The notes beneath the pieces are model-generated. The model ran no database searches and had not been told where the DNA came from. It worked only from the letters and a program-made list of their open reading frames with translations. The position numbers and the translations under genes were made by a program. From positions 20,015 to 84,014 of the forward strand of contig JAOACJ010000016.1 in assembly GCA_026417895.1 (NCBI GenBank): a stretch of DNA of 64,000 nt. The letters are read 5' to 3'. How positions within the stretch are numbered: the stretch's first letter is position 1; the number at the start of each line of letters is the position of its first letter. Source of the DNA: Patescibacteria group bacterium. Lineage in GTDB: Bacteria; Patescibacteriota; Patescibacteriia; UBA2591; CALHIP01. Shown here piece by piece: positions 37,182-46,895 of the stretch.

Positions 37182-37988
37182 TTAATCTATTTTTATCTCT
37201 TGGTCAACCCTTTGAATAGAGGAGGCTTTTTTTGTCTTTGGATCAATGGCAAGAAATACAGCATTAATAATAGCTTCTCCTTTTTCCGGAATTTCAAAAT
37301 TCTGAGGGATCTGGCTCAAAAAGGCAGTTAAGACATTTTTTTTCTCAACACCGATGACGGAATTTTTTGCTCCAACCATCCCAATGTCTGATAAAAAAGC
37401 GGTGCCAGAAGATAAAATTTGAGCATCAATAGTGCCAATATGAGTATGAGTACCCAAAACAGCACTTGCCCGGCCATCAAGATAGTGTCCTAAAGCAACT
37501 TTTTCTGAGGTTGCTTCAGCGTGAAAGTCTACAATAATAGCATTTAAATTCTTGTTAGAAAATCGAGCCAAGATCTCGTCAGCCTTGCGAAAAGGACAGT
37601 CGGCTTCTATTTCCAAAAAAACTCTACCTAACAAGTTTATCACTAAAATAAAATTTTGACCAATTTTAATAATTTTTTCACCTGAACCGGGCGTCTCAGG
37701 TGGATAATTAGCTGGCCGAATAATTTTATCTTTCAAATCTTTGTCTTTAAAAATTTCAAAGATCTCTTTCTTTGACCAAATATGATTGCCGGAAGTAAAA
37801 AAATCAACACCGGCATTCTTTATTTCTTGTAAAGTCTTTCTAGTGACACCCAAACCATGGGCTAGATTTTCTACGTTTGCCAAAATTAAGTCCGGTTTAA
37901 ATTTTCTTTTCAATTTGGGCAAGATTCTAATCAGGGCTCGTCGACCAATTTTTCCAACAACATCACCAAAGAAAAGTACCTTAATCAT
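37182..37988 (-). CDS. ymdB: YmdB-family metallophosphoesterase (2',3'-cyclic-nucleotide phosphodiesterase-like)
   Basis: MIKVLFFGDVVGKIGRRAL…LILANVENLAHGLGVT…TSGNHIW metallophosphatase motifs; conserved rny-ymdB neighbourhood. Confidence 0.8.
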   Translation of the reverse strand: MIKVLFFGDVVGKIGRRALIRILPKLKRKFKPDLILANVENLAHGLGVTRKTLQEIKNAGVDFFTSGNHIWSKKEIFEIFKDKDLKDKIIRPANYPPETPGSGEKIIKIGQNFILVINLLGRVFLEIEADCPFRKADEILARFSNKNLNAIIVDFHAEATSEKVALGHYLDGRASAVLGTHTHIGTIDAQILSSGTAFLSDIGMVGAKNSVIGVEKKNVLTAFLSQIPQNFEIPEKGEAIINAVFLAIDPKTKKASSIQRVDQEIKID

Positions 37989-38061
37989 ATTAATATTTTA
38001 TCATTACAATATCACAAAATCAAACATTTTTGGATTCTATTTCTAGATTCTTCTTTCTAAT

Positions 38062-39591
38062 TTATCGGGCATATTCAGTAATTCTTGTCTCACGAATGAC
38101 GGTGACTTTAATTTCGCCGGGGTATTTAAGATCAGCTTCAATTTTTTTGGCTATTTCTTTGGCTAACCTTCCTGCTTCTAAATCATCAATTTTTTGAGCA
38201 TTGACAAAAATTCTTATTTCTCGACCAGCTTGAAGACAATAGGCTTTTTCTACGTTTGGAAAAGAAAGAGCAGTTTTTTCTAAATCTTCCAATCTTTTGA
38301 GATATTCTTCGTAAGAATCAGCCCGCGCTCCGGGCCTCGCCCCAGAAATAGCATCAGCCACTTTAACAATAATTGCTTCTAGGGTTGGTGGCGAATCTTC
38401 ATGATGGGTGGCAATGGGAATAATGACCTCTTCTGGCAAACCAAATTTCTCGCCTAATTTTTTACCAATTTCCGGATGGGTCCCGGTTGTTTCTTGATCT
38501 AAGGCTTTACCAATATCATGGAGTAATCCGGCCTTTTTTACAACTGATTCATCAAGACCAAGTTCAGAAGCAATTAAGACGCTAAGGTTAGCTACTTCAA
38601 CAGAATGTTGAAGAACGTTCTGACCATAACTCGTTCGGTATTTTAAGCGTCCTAAAATTTGCAGTAATTTCGGATCAAGACCAACCACGCCAACTTTAAA
38701 AGCTGTTTCTTCGCCAATCTCTTTTATTTCTTCAGCTAATTCTTTTTTAACTTCTTCAACAATCCTTTCAATTCTGGCTGGTTGAATGCGACCATCTAAA
38801 ATTAAACGTTCCAACGTTCTCTTGGCCAACTCTCTTCTCAAGGGTGAGAAACAGGAAATAGTAATAACTTCCGGTGTATCATCAATAATTATTTCCACTC
38901 CGGTCAATTGTTCTAAAGTTTTAATATTTCTCCCCTCTCGGCCAATAATTCGACCTTTCATTTCTTCGGAAGGTAGTCCAATAGTTGAAGTGGTTCTTTC
39001 TTGGGCGACGCTTGAAGCGTATCTTTCCATAGCTAGAACCAATAGCTCTTGACTTTTTTTCTCAATTTCTTTGGCCCCCTCTTTTTCCATTTTTCGGATT
39101 CGATTTAAAATTTCTTCCTGGAATTCTTTTTCTATCTGTGCAAAAAGCATTTCTTTCGCTTCTTTTTTCGAAAGCCCAGAAATTTTTTCTAGACGAAGAT
39201 TTGCCTCATCGTTTAAAGCCTGAACACGCTCCTTAATTTCTTCCACTTTTTTTACCTTTTCCGCTAATTTTATTTTCTCTTCCTCAAATTCAAGAAGCTT
39301 TTGATCAAATAGGGCCCTTCTTTTTTCTAGTTTTTCTTCAAGAATTTTAAGATCTTTTTTTCTTAATTGTTCTTCTTTTTTTACCCTTTCAATCATCGCT
39401 AGTTGCTCCTCTTTCGCCTCAAGAATAATTTCTTGGGCCCTTCTTCTGGCTTTCTCCTCAATCTCTCTGGCTTTTGTTTCTAGACTATCAAAAAGTCGAC
39501 TAACAACTGATTTCCTAAAATAGTAACCAATAACAGCTCCGATCAAAATGCTTGCCAAAACAATGATTGATGTAAAATTTTGACTCATCAT
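38062..39591 (-). CDS. rny: ribonuclease Y
   Basis: N-terminal TM, coiled coil, KH domain (RIIGREGRNIKTLEQLTGVEIIID), HD domain (LLHDIGKALDQETTGTHPEIG); 509 aa. Confidence 0.9.
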   Translation of the reverse strand: MMSQNFTSIIVLASILIGAVIGYYFRKSVVSRLFDSLETKAREIEEKARRRAQEIILEAKEEQLAMIERVKKEEQLRKKDLKILEEKLEKRRALFDQKLLEFEEEKIKLAEKVKKVEEIKERVQALNDEANLRLEKISGLSKKEAKEMLFAQIEKEFQEEILNRIRKMEKEGAKEIEKKSQELLVLAMERYASSVAQERTTSTIGLPSEEMKGRIIGREGRNIKTLEQLTGVEIIIDDTPEVITISCFSPLRRELAKRTLERLILDGRIQPARIERIVEEVKKELAEEIKEIGEETAFKVGVVGLDPKLLQILGRLKYRTSYGQNVLQHSVEVANLSVLIASELGLDESVVKKAGLLHDIGKALDQETTGTHPEIGKKLGEKFGLPEEVIIPIATHHEDSPPTLEAIIVKVADAISGARPGARADSYEEYLKRLEDLEKTALSFPNVEKAYCLQAGREIRIFVNAQKIDDLEAGRLAKEIAKKIEADLKYPGEIKVTVIRETRITEYAR

Positions 39592-39610
39592 ATTGATTGA
39601 GAATGATTAA

Positions 39611-39635
39611 AATTAAAAACCGAGATCTTTCTCGG
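39611..39635 (-). terminator. rho-independent terminator downstream of clpP
   Basis: CCGAGA-tctt-TCTCGG hairpin. On the minus-strand transcript it is followed by UUUUUAAUU. Confidence 0.5.
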
Positions 39636-39674
39636 CTTTTGAAAGAAAAAATATAAAATAAAGATGAATTTTCT

Positions 39675-40250
39675 TTATTTAATTATCTGGTCAATTAAAC
39701 CATATTTTTTTGCTTCCTCTGCATCCATAAAAAATTCTCGATCGGTGTCTTTCTCTATCTTCTCTAGGGGTTGACCGGTGTGAAAGGAGAGAATTTTATT
39801 AATTCTTTCCCTAATCTTTAAAATATGTTCAGCTCTTATTTTTATATCAAGAGCCGGCCCCTCAGCTCCACCCATCACCTGGTGAAGCATCACTTCTGAG
39901 TTTGGTAAAGCAAACCTTTTTCCTTTAGCGCCAGCTGCTAGCAAGACAGCAGCCATACTCCCAGCTAAACCAACACAAATAGTTGCCACGTCTGGTTTAA
40001 CATAGCGCATCGTATCATAAATAGCCATTCCGGCTGTAACACTGCCACCCGGACTGTTAATATAAAGTTTAATTTCTTTGTTTTTGTCTTCGCTTTCTAA
40101 AAATAAGAGTTGGGCAATAATAGTATTAGCCACATTATCGTCGATTACGTCGCCAAGAAAAATAATTCTTTCTTTTAAAAGCCGAGAATAAATATCATAG
40201 GCCCTTTCCCCGAATTGAGATTTCTCGATGACTGTTGGGACGAGGTACAT
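39675..40250 (-). CDS. clpP: ATP-dependent Clp protease proteolytic subunit
   Basis: [18 protein letters not shown] (catalytic Ser), …MLHQVMGG (His); 191 aa. Confidence 0.95.
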   Translation of the reverse strand: MYLVPTVIEKSQFGERAYDIYSRLLKERIIFLGDVIDDNVANTIIAQLLFLESEDKNKEIKLYINSPGGSVTAGMAIYDTMRYVKPDVATICVGLAGSMAAVLLAAGAKGKRFALPNSEVMLHQVMGGAEGPALDIKIRAEHILKIRERINKILSFHTGQPLEKIEKDTDREFFMDAEEAKKYGLIDQIIK

Positions 40251-40367
40251 ATGATAATAAGTTAAAAGTTAAAAATGAAAAACGAAAAATTTATTTAATA
40301 ATGATGACGATTATCCGGTTATATTATTTCTAATTATATCATCAAAGATTAAATTATTCAACCCTCT

Positions 40368-40649
40368 TCAACTAAGGAGGAGTTTTATTTTTGGTAAAGA
40401 ATGAAAGGAAAGTCTTTGAGCCAATTCTTTTTGAAAAAGACCGGTTTTCAATTGAAGTAGTTCAAAAATTTTTCTTTCTTTTTCAGTTGGGAAAATTTTC
40501 AAATAAATTTTTGTTTCCTGAAGATTTTTCAATGTCTCAACTTTATCAACTGTTACTAGACAGCCATTTGGAGTTTCAAAATTTTCTAAAATAATCTGGC
40601 CAAAAATTCTTTTGATCAATTCGTCAACACTTTCCATTTTTCTGGTCAT
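40368..40649 (-). CDS. rbfA: possible ribosome-binding factor A
   Basis: Pattern R...V.ELIKR…GCLVTVDKVETLKNLQETKIYLKIFP…LAQRLSFHSLPKI resembles RbfA (VTi..V.vS.DL..A.VY…lR..P.l.F); 93 aa. Confidence 0.45.
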   Translation of the reverse strand: MTRKMESVDELIKRIFGQIILENFETPNGCLVTVDKVETLKNLQETKIYLKIFPTEKERKIFELLQLKTGLFQKELAQRLSFHSLPKIKLLLS

Positions 40650-40682
40650 ATATAGAGATATAGAGAAGGGTTTAAGTGATCC

Positions 40683-41813
40683 CTAAGCTTTAATCGGCAT
40701 AATCAGATAAAGAAAGTTTTCTTCAGGAAATGGTTTAATGACACTTGGTGAACTGTCGTCAATTATTTCAAAAGAAAATTCTGGCGTTGTGAAACTGGTT
40801 AGACCGTCTAAAAGATAGTGATAGTTAAAGGCCAAACTGTTTTTTTCACCAGAAACTTCACCTTTGACCTCAACCCTACTTTCTCCAACTTGATTGTTTA
40901 AAGAAGAGAGGATAATTGCTGATTTATTAGGAAGAAATTCAAAAGAAATATCATTGATACCGGTTTTGGAAAAGGGAGCAATCCCTTTGATAGTTTTAAT
41001 TAATAATTCTCTTTCTAGAATTGCTTTTGTTCTAAAATTTCTAGGAATAATTTCTTGATAGTTAGGAAATTCGGCTTGAATAATTCGAGAAATAAGTTTA
41101 GTTTCTTGAAAATAAAACAGAATTTGATTTTCAGAAAGAAAAATTTCTACTTCGTTTTCTTTCTTTTCAGCCGACGAATTAAAAATTCTTAAAAATTCTT
41201 GAAGGGTTTTGAGTGGAACAATGATTTTTTTAGACCTTTGGCTGGTTGTTGATTTTCCTAGAGTTATCTTTTTTTCTGCTAATCGATAACTGTCAGTTCC
41301 AACAATGGTTAAGGTTTGTGATTCAGGAGAAAAAGAAAATAAGAGGCCACTAATTTCTGGTCTGGTTTCTGACGGATTGCAAGAAGAGATGGTTTGCTGA
41401 ATTGATTTTTTTAAATCTTGCCCGGAAAGGAGGTATTTTTCTTCTTTTTCTATTTTAGGCAAAATTGGAAAATCTTCACTTGATAGTCCTTTTATTTTTG
41501 TTTCACCGTTTTTATATTTTAAAAAAAGTTCATCTTTAGTTACTTCAATTGTTACCGGCTCGTTAGGTAAAAAATTTACATGGGAAAAAAGCAAAGAAGC
41601 TGGAACAGTGAAAGAACCTTCTTTTTCTATTTTTCCACCAATAAAAGTTTCAATAGCTATTTCTAAATCTGTTGAAACAAGATAAAGTAACCCTTTTTCT
41701 ATTTTTAAAAGGACGTTGCCTAAAATTGGTAAAGACGATTTACTTATACTAGCTAGGTGAAAAACCTTTTCTAACCCTTTAATTAAATTTTTTTGTAAGA
41801 AAGTTCCTTTCAT
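40683..41813 (-). CDS. dnaN: DNA polymerase III beta sliding clamp
   Basis: N-terminal LPILGNVLLKIEKGLLYLVSTDLEIAIE pattern typical of DnaN domain 1; three-domain length 376 aa. Confidence 0.85.
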   Translation of the reverse strand: MKGTFLQKNLIKGLEKVFHLASISKSSLPILGNVLLKIEKGLLYLVSTDLEIAIETFIGGKIEKEGSFTVPASLLFSHVNFLPNEPVTIEVTKDELFLKYKNGETKIKGLSSEDFPILPKIEKEEKYLLSGQDLKKSIQQTISSCNPSETRPEISGLLFSFSPESQTLTIVGTDSYRLAEKKITLGKSTTSQRSKKIIVPLKTLQEFLRIFNSSAEKKENEVEIFLSENQILFYFQETKLISRIIQAEFPNYQEIIPRNFRTKAILERELLIKTIKGIAPFSKTGINDISFEFLPNKSAIILSSLNNQVGESRVEVKGEVSGEKNSLAFNYHYLLDGLTSFTTPEFSFEIIDDSSPSVIKPFPEENFLYLIMPIKA

Positions 41814-41947
41814 AATTTATTATTTTATTAGTTATTTATAATAGTATTAAACTTGGGGATTTTGTTGATAAATTGATATCTTCTTATTTATTCTAACATT
41901 TTTAAAAGATAAAAGAAAGAAAAAAAAGAGGAAAGAATGTGGATTTC

Positions 41948-42868
41948 TTATTTTCCTGTTTTCTTGTTTTCTTTGTCAACACTTTCTTCACCTTCCTTAC
42001 CTCTTTCTAAAAAAAGAAAAACCCAACAACTTGTTTGATAAACATTTAAGAAACCAAGGGTAGTTATTTGGAAAACAAGAATTAAAAAAGCGAAAAAAAA
42101 CCAACTAAACCAGAATCCCGGCCAGCCCAAAAATTTTATTAAAAAAATACTCCCAAGTTTTAGAGGAAAAAAAAGAGCGCCCGAATCAAAGACTAACCAC
42201 CAAAGAAGACCGAAGCCGAACATAAACAAAAAGAGAATTATCATCAAAGATAATACTTTCAGCCAACTATTTTTTAGAAATAAAAAGAAAGAATAAAAAG
42301 CTTGTCGAAGAGAGTTTCTTTTAACAACAAAATAGAAAATAATATAAAAAATCAAAAGAGCTGAAACAAGACTAATAAGGAAAAAGAAAAAAATAATTAA
42401 GAAGAAAACCCACACTTGGACCGACAAAATTAAAAAATGAATACCAAACAAAAACAAAATAAACATCAAAAAACCGACCAAACAAACAATTGAGGTTGGC
42501 AAAAAGTTATTTTTTGCTCGTTGCCATGATTTTTTAAAATTAAACTTCTCTCCCTTTCCTATTTTACTAAGAGAAAAGATTAAAAAAATTTCTGAAAAAA
42601 TACATAAGGCTAAAAGAAAAATAAATATCGCTAATATTAAGATGGTCAGGGGGGTGTTTAAATTAAAAGCGGTGAGTGGTTTCTTAAAGACTACCTGAGG
42701 GTTGGTTGAAGAAAGAAAAACATCACCAATTAAAACCTCGGTTAAAAAAAACAAGAGAAAAAGAGGGTTGGTTAAAAAGAAGAAAAGAGAAGTCAGAAAC
42801 CCTAAAAACCAAAGCCCAAAGTTTTGCCAACTTATAGTTAAAGATTTTTTAAGAATTTCACCAATCAT
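41948..42868 (-). CDS. hypothetical polytopic membrane protein (Phe/Leu-rich)
   Basis: 306 aa, at least 7 hydrophobic helices, no motif recognised. Confidence 0.45.
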   Translation of the reverse strand: MIGEILKKSLTISWQNFGLWFLGFLTSLFFFLTNPLFLLFFLTEVLIGDVFLSSTNPQVVFKKPLTAFNLNTPLTILILAIFIFLLALCIFSEIFLIFSLSKIGKGEKFNFKKSWQRAKNNFLPTSIVCLVGFLMFILFLFGIHFLILSVQVWVFFLIIFFFFLISLVSALLIFYIIFYFVVKRNSLRQAFYSFFLFLKNSWLKVLSLMIILFLFMFGFGLLWWLVFDSGALFFPLKLGSIFLIKFLGWPGFWFSWFFFAFLILVFQITTLGFLNVYQTSCWVFLFLERGKEGEESVDKENKKTGK

Positions 42869-42918
42869 ATATTTTATAAACTTCCTGCCGACATAAATTA
42901 ATAAAAACTGGCGCTTGC

Positions 42919-44733
42919 TTAATTAAAAATTTTTAAAAACTCTTCTTTCTCTAAAGTTTCCTTTTCTAAAAGTTTTTTAGCAATTTTTTCCAAAAACTCT
43001 CTCTTTGTTTTAACCACCTCTTTGGCCTTGGTATAACACTGATTGATAAATCTTGAAACTTCCTCATCAATAATTTGAGCTGATTTTTCCGAATAATCTT
43101 TCTGTTCAGCAATCTCGCGACCTAAAAAAATCAACTCATGTCTTTCACCAAAGGTTCGGGGGCCCAAAATTTCGCTCATTCCAAACTCAGTCACTAATTT
43201 TTTTGCCAATTCAGTTGCTTGTTTTAAGTCATTAGCTGCTCCGGTTGTTACCTCGCCAAAAATTTCTTCTTCAGCCACATAGCCACCCAAAAGAGCCGAA
43301 AGATTATCTAGAAATTCAGACTTAAATTTTAAATATCTTTCTTTTTCTGGCATTTTTAACGTATAACCAGCCGCTTGACCGCGGGCAATAATTGAGACTT
43401 TTTGGACTGGATCACAATGAGGCAAGGAATGGGCAACTAAAGCATGACCAGCTTCATGATAAGCGACAACTTTTCTTTCTTTTTCTGAAAGAAGATGAGA
43501 TTTTCTTTCCGGACCCAAAAGAACTTTTTCGATTGACTCTAAAACCTCTTTCTCATAAATTTTATCTTTTTCTCTTCGGGCAGCTAAAATTGCTGCTTCG
43601 TTCATTAAATTAGCTAAATCGGCCCCAGAAAAGCCTGGCGTTCTTTCCGCAATTTTTTTTAGAGAAACGTTTTTCGCCAAAGGTTTCCCTCGGGCATGAA
43701 TTTTTAGAATTTCTTCCCGATCTTTAACATCTGGCATATCAAGAACAATTCTGCGATCAAAACGGCCTGGTCGAAGTAGGGCTGGATCTAAGACATCAGG
43801 ACGATTAGTGGCGGAAATAACAATCAGTCCAATATTCGGCTCAAAACCATCCATTTCAACTAAAATTTGATTTAAAGTCTGTTCCCTTTCATCGTGGGAT
43901 CCCCCTAACCCAGCCCCTCTTTGTCGACCAACAGCATCAAGTTCGTCAATAAAGACAATACAAGGCAAATTCTTTTTTGCCTTTTGAAATAAAGAACGAA
44001 CACGGGAAGCGCCAACGCCGACAAACATTTCAACGAATTCCGAGCCAGAAATATGAAAAAACGGCACCTGAGCTTCGCCAGCCACTGCTCTTGCCAAAAG
44101 AGTTTTTCCACAACCTGGTGGCCCCATTAAAAGCACGCCCTTAGGGATTTTCGCTCCTAAGGCGGTAAATTTTTTTGGTTTTTTTAAAAAATCAACAATC
44201 TCTTTTAGTTCTTCTTTTGCTTCTTTGACACCAGCCACATCTTTAAAGGTCACCTTCGTTCTTTCTCCTGGCCTTATTTCTCTGGCTTGACTTTCACCAA
44301 AACGAAAAGCTTCTTGTGCCCCACCCCTGATTTGACGAGAGAAAAAATAAAGAATACCAATAAGTAAAATTAGCGGCAGGAGGGAGGGTAAAATACTTTG
44401 CAAAAAAACATTTTTTCCAGCCGGTGGTTTAATGGTTTGTGAAACATCTCTTAATATCTCTGGTGAAACCTGATAATAATTCAAAATAGAAGTTAAAGTT
44501 TCTTTTTCTTCTTTATAGAAAAACATTTTTTTGTTGTCCTGGCTGATTAAATTAACCTTGTTTTCCTCGACAACAATAGCTTTTATTTTTCCTTCTTTTA
44601 ATTGTCTAATAAAATTATCGATTGTTATTTCTTCCGTTTTCTCAAAAGGATTAGTTAAAAGACTAAAGAAACCACTAATAATTAAAAAGAAAATTAGAAT
44701 AATCAGAAAGTTAATAATCAATTTTTTATTCAT
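42919..44733 (-). CDS. ftsH: ATP-dependent zinc metalloprotease FtsH
   Basis: [18 protein letters not shown] Walker [14 protein letters not shown] zinc site; two N-terminal TM helices; 604 aa. Confidence 0.95.
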   Translation of the reverse strand: MNKKLIINFLIILIFFLIISGFFSLLTNPFEKTEEITIDNFIRQLKEGKIKAIVVEENKVNLISQDNKKMFFYKEEKETLTSILNYYQVSPEILRDVSQTIKPPAGKNVFLQSILPSLLPLILLIGILYFFSRQIRGGAQEAFRFGESQAREIRPGERTKVTFKDVAGVKEAKEELKEIVDFLKKPKKFTALGAKIPKGVLLMGPPGCGKTLLARAVAGEAQVPFFHISGSEFVEMFVGVGASRVRSLFQKAKKNLPCIVFIDELDAVGRQRGAGLGGSHDEREQTLNQILVEMDGFEPNIGLIVISATNRPDVLDPALLRPGRFDRRIVLDMPDVKDREEILKIHARGKPLAKNVSLKKIAERTPGFSGADLANLMNEAAILAARREKDKIYEKEVLESIEKVLLGPERKSHLLSEKERKVVAYHEAGHALVAHSLPHCDPVQKVSIIARGQAAGYTLKMPEKERYLKFKSEFLDNLSALLGGYVAEEEIFGEVTTGAANDLKQATELAKKLVTEFGMSEILGPRTFGERHELIFLGREIAEQKDYSEKSAQIIDEEVSRFINQCYTKAKEVVKTKREFLEKIAKKLLEKETLEKEEFLKIFN

Positions 44734-44739
44734 AAATCT

Positions 44740-45825
44740 TTATTTTTGAGTAACTTCTTTGAGGCTTAAACCTAAACGATGATCTTCTGACTCTAAAGAA
44801 ATGATTTTAAAGGAGAAAATCTGGCCAACCTTAATCTTTTCTTTCATTATCTCTTCAGGAATTTCAGAAATATGAGCTAGGCCATAAATATCTTTTTCAA
44901 CCTCAACCAAAAATCCATAAGGTCTGATTTTAGAAATTTTTCCTTGAACAAGATCACCAACTTTATATTTTTTTTCAATCATTTTCCAAGGATTTTCTTG
45001 GGTTCTTTTTAGTGAAAGAGAAATTTTTGAATCATCAACAGAAAGAACTACGGCTTTAACTCGATCACCAACTTTGACTACCTCTTCTATTTTTTCTATT
45101 TTTTGCCAAGCAATTTCTGAAATATGGACCAAGCCTTTAATTTGATCATCTAACTCGACAAAAACACCAAAAGGAGAGATACCAACAACCCTTCCTTCAA
45201 CGATGTCACCAACTTTATATTTTTTAAACAAAGACGATTTTTTTTCTAATTCAACCTCTTTTTCCGAAAAAATAACTTTTTTATTCGTTTCATCACTACT
45301 AATTATTTTTACTTCTAAAGACTGACCGACGATTTCTTTTAATTTTTCTAAAATTTTATTTTTATCCCCATCAACGACTTGAGGAAAGTGTTGGCTAGAA
45401 AGTTGTGAAGAAGGGATAAAACCAGAGATTTTTTTATATTGAACAATTAATCCACCTCGATTGGCGTCGATTACCTTTACAGAAATAGTCCTTCCTTCTT
45501 CTTGGATTTTTTTAATCATTTCAGAAGTTTTTAATTTAGCCCCAGCCCGAAAAGAAAGTTCAACTTCTCCTCTTTCATTTTCTTCGTCAATAACTAAAGC
45601 TGTTGCCTCATCACCAACCTTTAAATTTAAATAGTCTCCCAATTCATCTTGAAGTTCAGCCCCTCGGACAACACCAGTAGCCAGACCTCCTAGATCAAGC
45701 CAGACCTCATTTTTTCCAATTTTCAAGACACGACCAGTCACCATTTGGCCAACTTCAAATTTTTTTATTTTCTTTAATAAGTTTTTCATAACCTTTAATT
45801 TATAAATAATAACATATTTTGACAA
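44740..45825 (-). CDS. rpsA: 30S ribosomal protein S1 (four S1 domains)
   Basis: Repeated G..V.G.V..I...G.FV.L…G..H.SEI S1-domain blocks; 361 aa. Confidence 0.8.
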   Translation of the reverse strand: MSKYVIIYKLKVMKNLLKKIKKFEVGQMVTGRVLKIGKNEVWLDLGGLATGVVRGAELQDELGDYLNLKVGDEATALVIDEENERGEVELSFRAGAKLKTSEMIKKIQEEGRTISVKVIDANRGGLIVQYKKISGFIPSSQLSSQHFPQVVDGDKNKILEKLKEIVGQSLEVKIISSDETNKKVIFSEKEVELEKKSSLFKKYKVGDIVEGRVVGISPFGVFVELDDQIKGLVHISEIAWQKIEKIEEVVKVGDRVKAVVLSVDDSKISLSLKRTQENPWKMIEKKYKVGDLVQGKISKIRPYGFLVEVEKDIYGLAHISEIPEEIMKEKIKVGQIFSFKIISLESEDHRLGLSLKEVTQK

Positions 45826-45847
45826 ATAAGTAAAGAAATGTTAAAAT
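45819..45847 (+). promoter_or_regulatory. sigma70-like promoter, TTGACA-17nt-TAAAAT, heading the long plus-strand gene block
   Basis: TTGACA at 45819-24, 17-nt spacer, TAAAAT at 45842-47; about 70 nt upstream of the 45920 start. Confidence 0.45.
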
Positions 45848-45868
45848 AATTTTTGGTTTCGATTTTCT

Positions 45869-45887
45869 GGTTCCTAATTTTGGAACC
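45869..45887. promoter_or_regulatory. perfect inverted repeat GGTTCC-n7-GGAACC downstream of the promoter (operator or 5'-UTR hairpin candidate)
   Basis: GGTTCCtaattttGGAACC seen directly, roughly +15 to +35 relative to the predicted TSS. Confidence 0.35.
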
Positions 45888-45919
45888 AATAACTAAAGAC
45901 TATTAACTATAAATTTATT

Positions 45920-46540
45920 ATGCAAATCATTTGGTACGGTGAAAGTTGTTTTAAAATTATAACTAACGAATTAAGTATTTTAACTGACCCCTTTTCGCCA
46001 GCTGCCCAGGGGTTGAAAAATCCTAGACTGACTTCAGAGATTGTTGTCTTCTCTAACCCTGCGACTTTAAAAAAGAAAGAGGAAGAAAAAAACAATTTTT
46101 TTCTCATTTCTATGCCTGGCGAATATGAAATAAAAAACATTTTTATTTTCAGCTTGCCCCACCAGGAAAATAATCTTTTAAAATTAATTTATAAAATAGA
46201 AACAGAGGAAATAAAAATTTGTTTTTGGGGAGAAATTTCGAAAGAGCCAGCCAGTGAAGAATTAGAAAAATTAGGAGAAGTGGATGTTCTTCTCATTTCC
46301 TTTGCCCCCTCGCTGTCTTTAAAAGAAATTGTCAAAACTATAAAAGAAATCCAACCAAAAATTGTTATTCCCCATTCTTTAAAGATTAAAGAAAATAAAA
46401 TAGATCTAAAAATCATTGAAAAATTTACTCAAGAAATGGGTTGGCGAAAATTTGAAAAGACTGCCAAACTGAAGATAAGAAAAAAAGACCTTTCCCTTGG
46501 AAAAACCGGCTTAATTATTCTTGAACCAGTGGTTAATTAA
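45920..46540 (+). CDS. MBL-fold metal-dependent hydrolase (UPF0173-like)
   Basis: N-terminal MQIIWYGESCFKIITNELSILTDPF and C-terminal …VVIPHS resemble the small metallo-beta-lactamase-fold hydrolases; 206 aa. Confidence 0.5.
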   Translation: MQIIWYGESCFKIITNELSILTDPFSPAAQGLKNPRLTSEIVVFSNPATLKKKEEEKNNFFLISMPGEYEIKNIFIFSLPHQENNLLKLIYKIETEEIKICFWGEISKEPASEELEKLGEVDVLLISFAPSLSLKEIVKTIKEIQPKIVIPHSLKIKENKIDLKIIEKFTQEMGWRKFEKTAKLKIRKKDLSLGKTGLIILEPVVN

Positions 46541-46878
46541 TGACTATGAATGATAAAATGAAAAAGAAAAACTTTCCTTGGCCCTTAGTTATTTTTGTTT
46601 TTATTATCATTGTTATTTTTTGGCAATTTTTCCTGAAAATTTTCCCTCAGTCAAAAAAAGAAGAAGATGATTTTATCAAAGACTTAGTTAATCAAGGAGT
46701 TTTCATCAAAGATAATTTTGACAAGCTATTATCTAATTTAAAAGAAATTAAATTTACCAATTCTTTATTAGAAAGAGAAGAAAATAAATTAACCAACAAA
46801 GAGATTGAGAGACTTAAAGAAAAAGTTTTACAATATACCAATCAAAAACTAATGACGAATAATCAACCCTTGGAATAA
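46540..46878 (+). CDS. hypothetical small membrane-anchored protein
   Basis: 112 aa, one N-terminal TM, coiled-coil tail. Confidence 0.35.
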   Translation: MTMNDKMKKKNFPWPLVIFVFIIIVIFWQFFLKIFPQSKKEEDDFIKDLVNQGVFIKDNFDKLLSNLKEIKFTNSLLEREENKLTNKEIERLKEKVLQYTNQKLMTNNQPLE

Positions 46879-46895
46879 TAAATCGAAATTTATTT

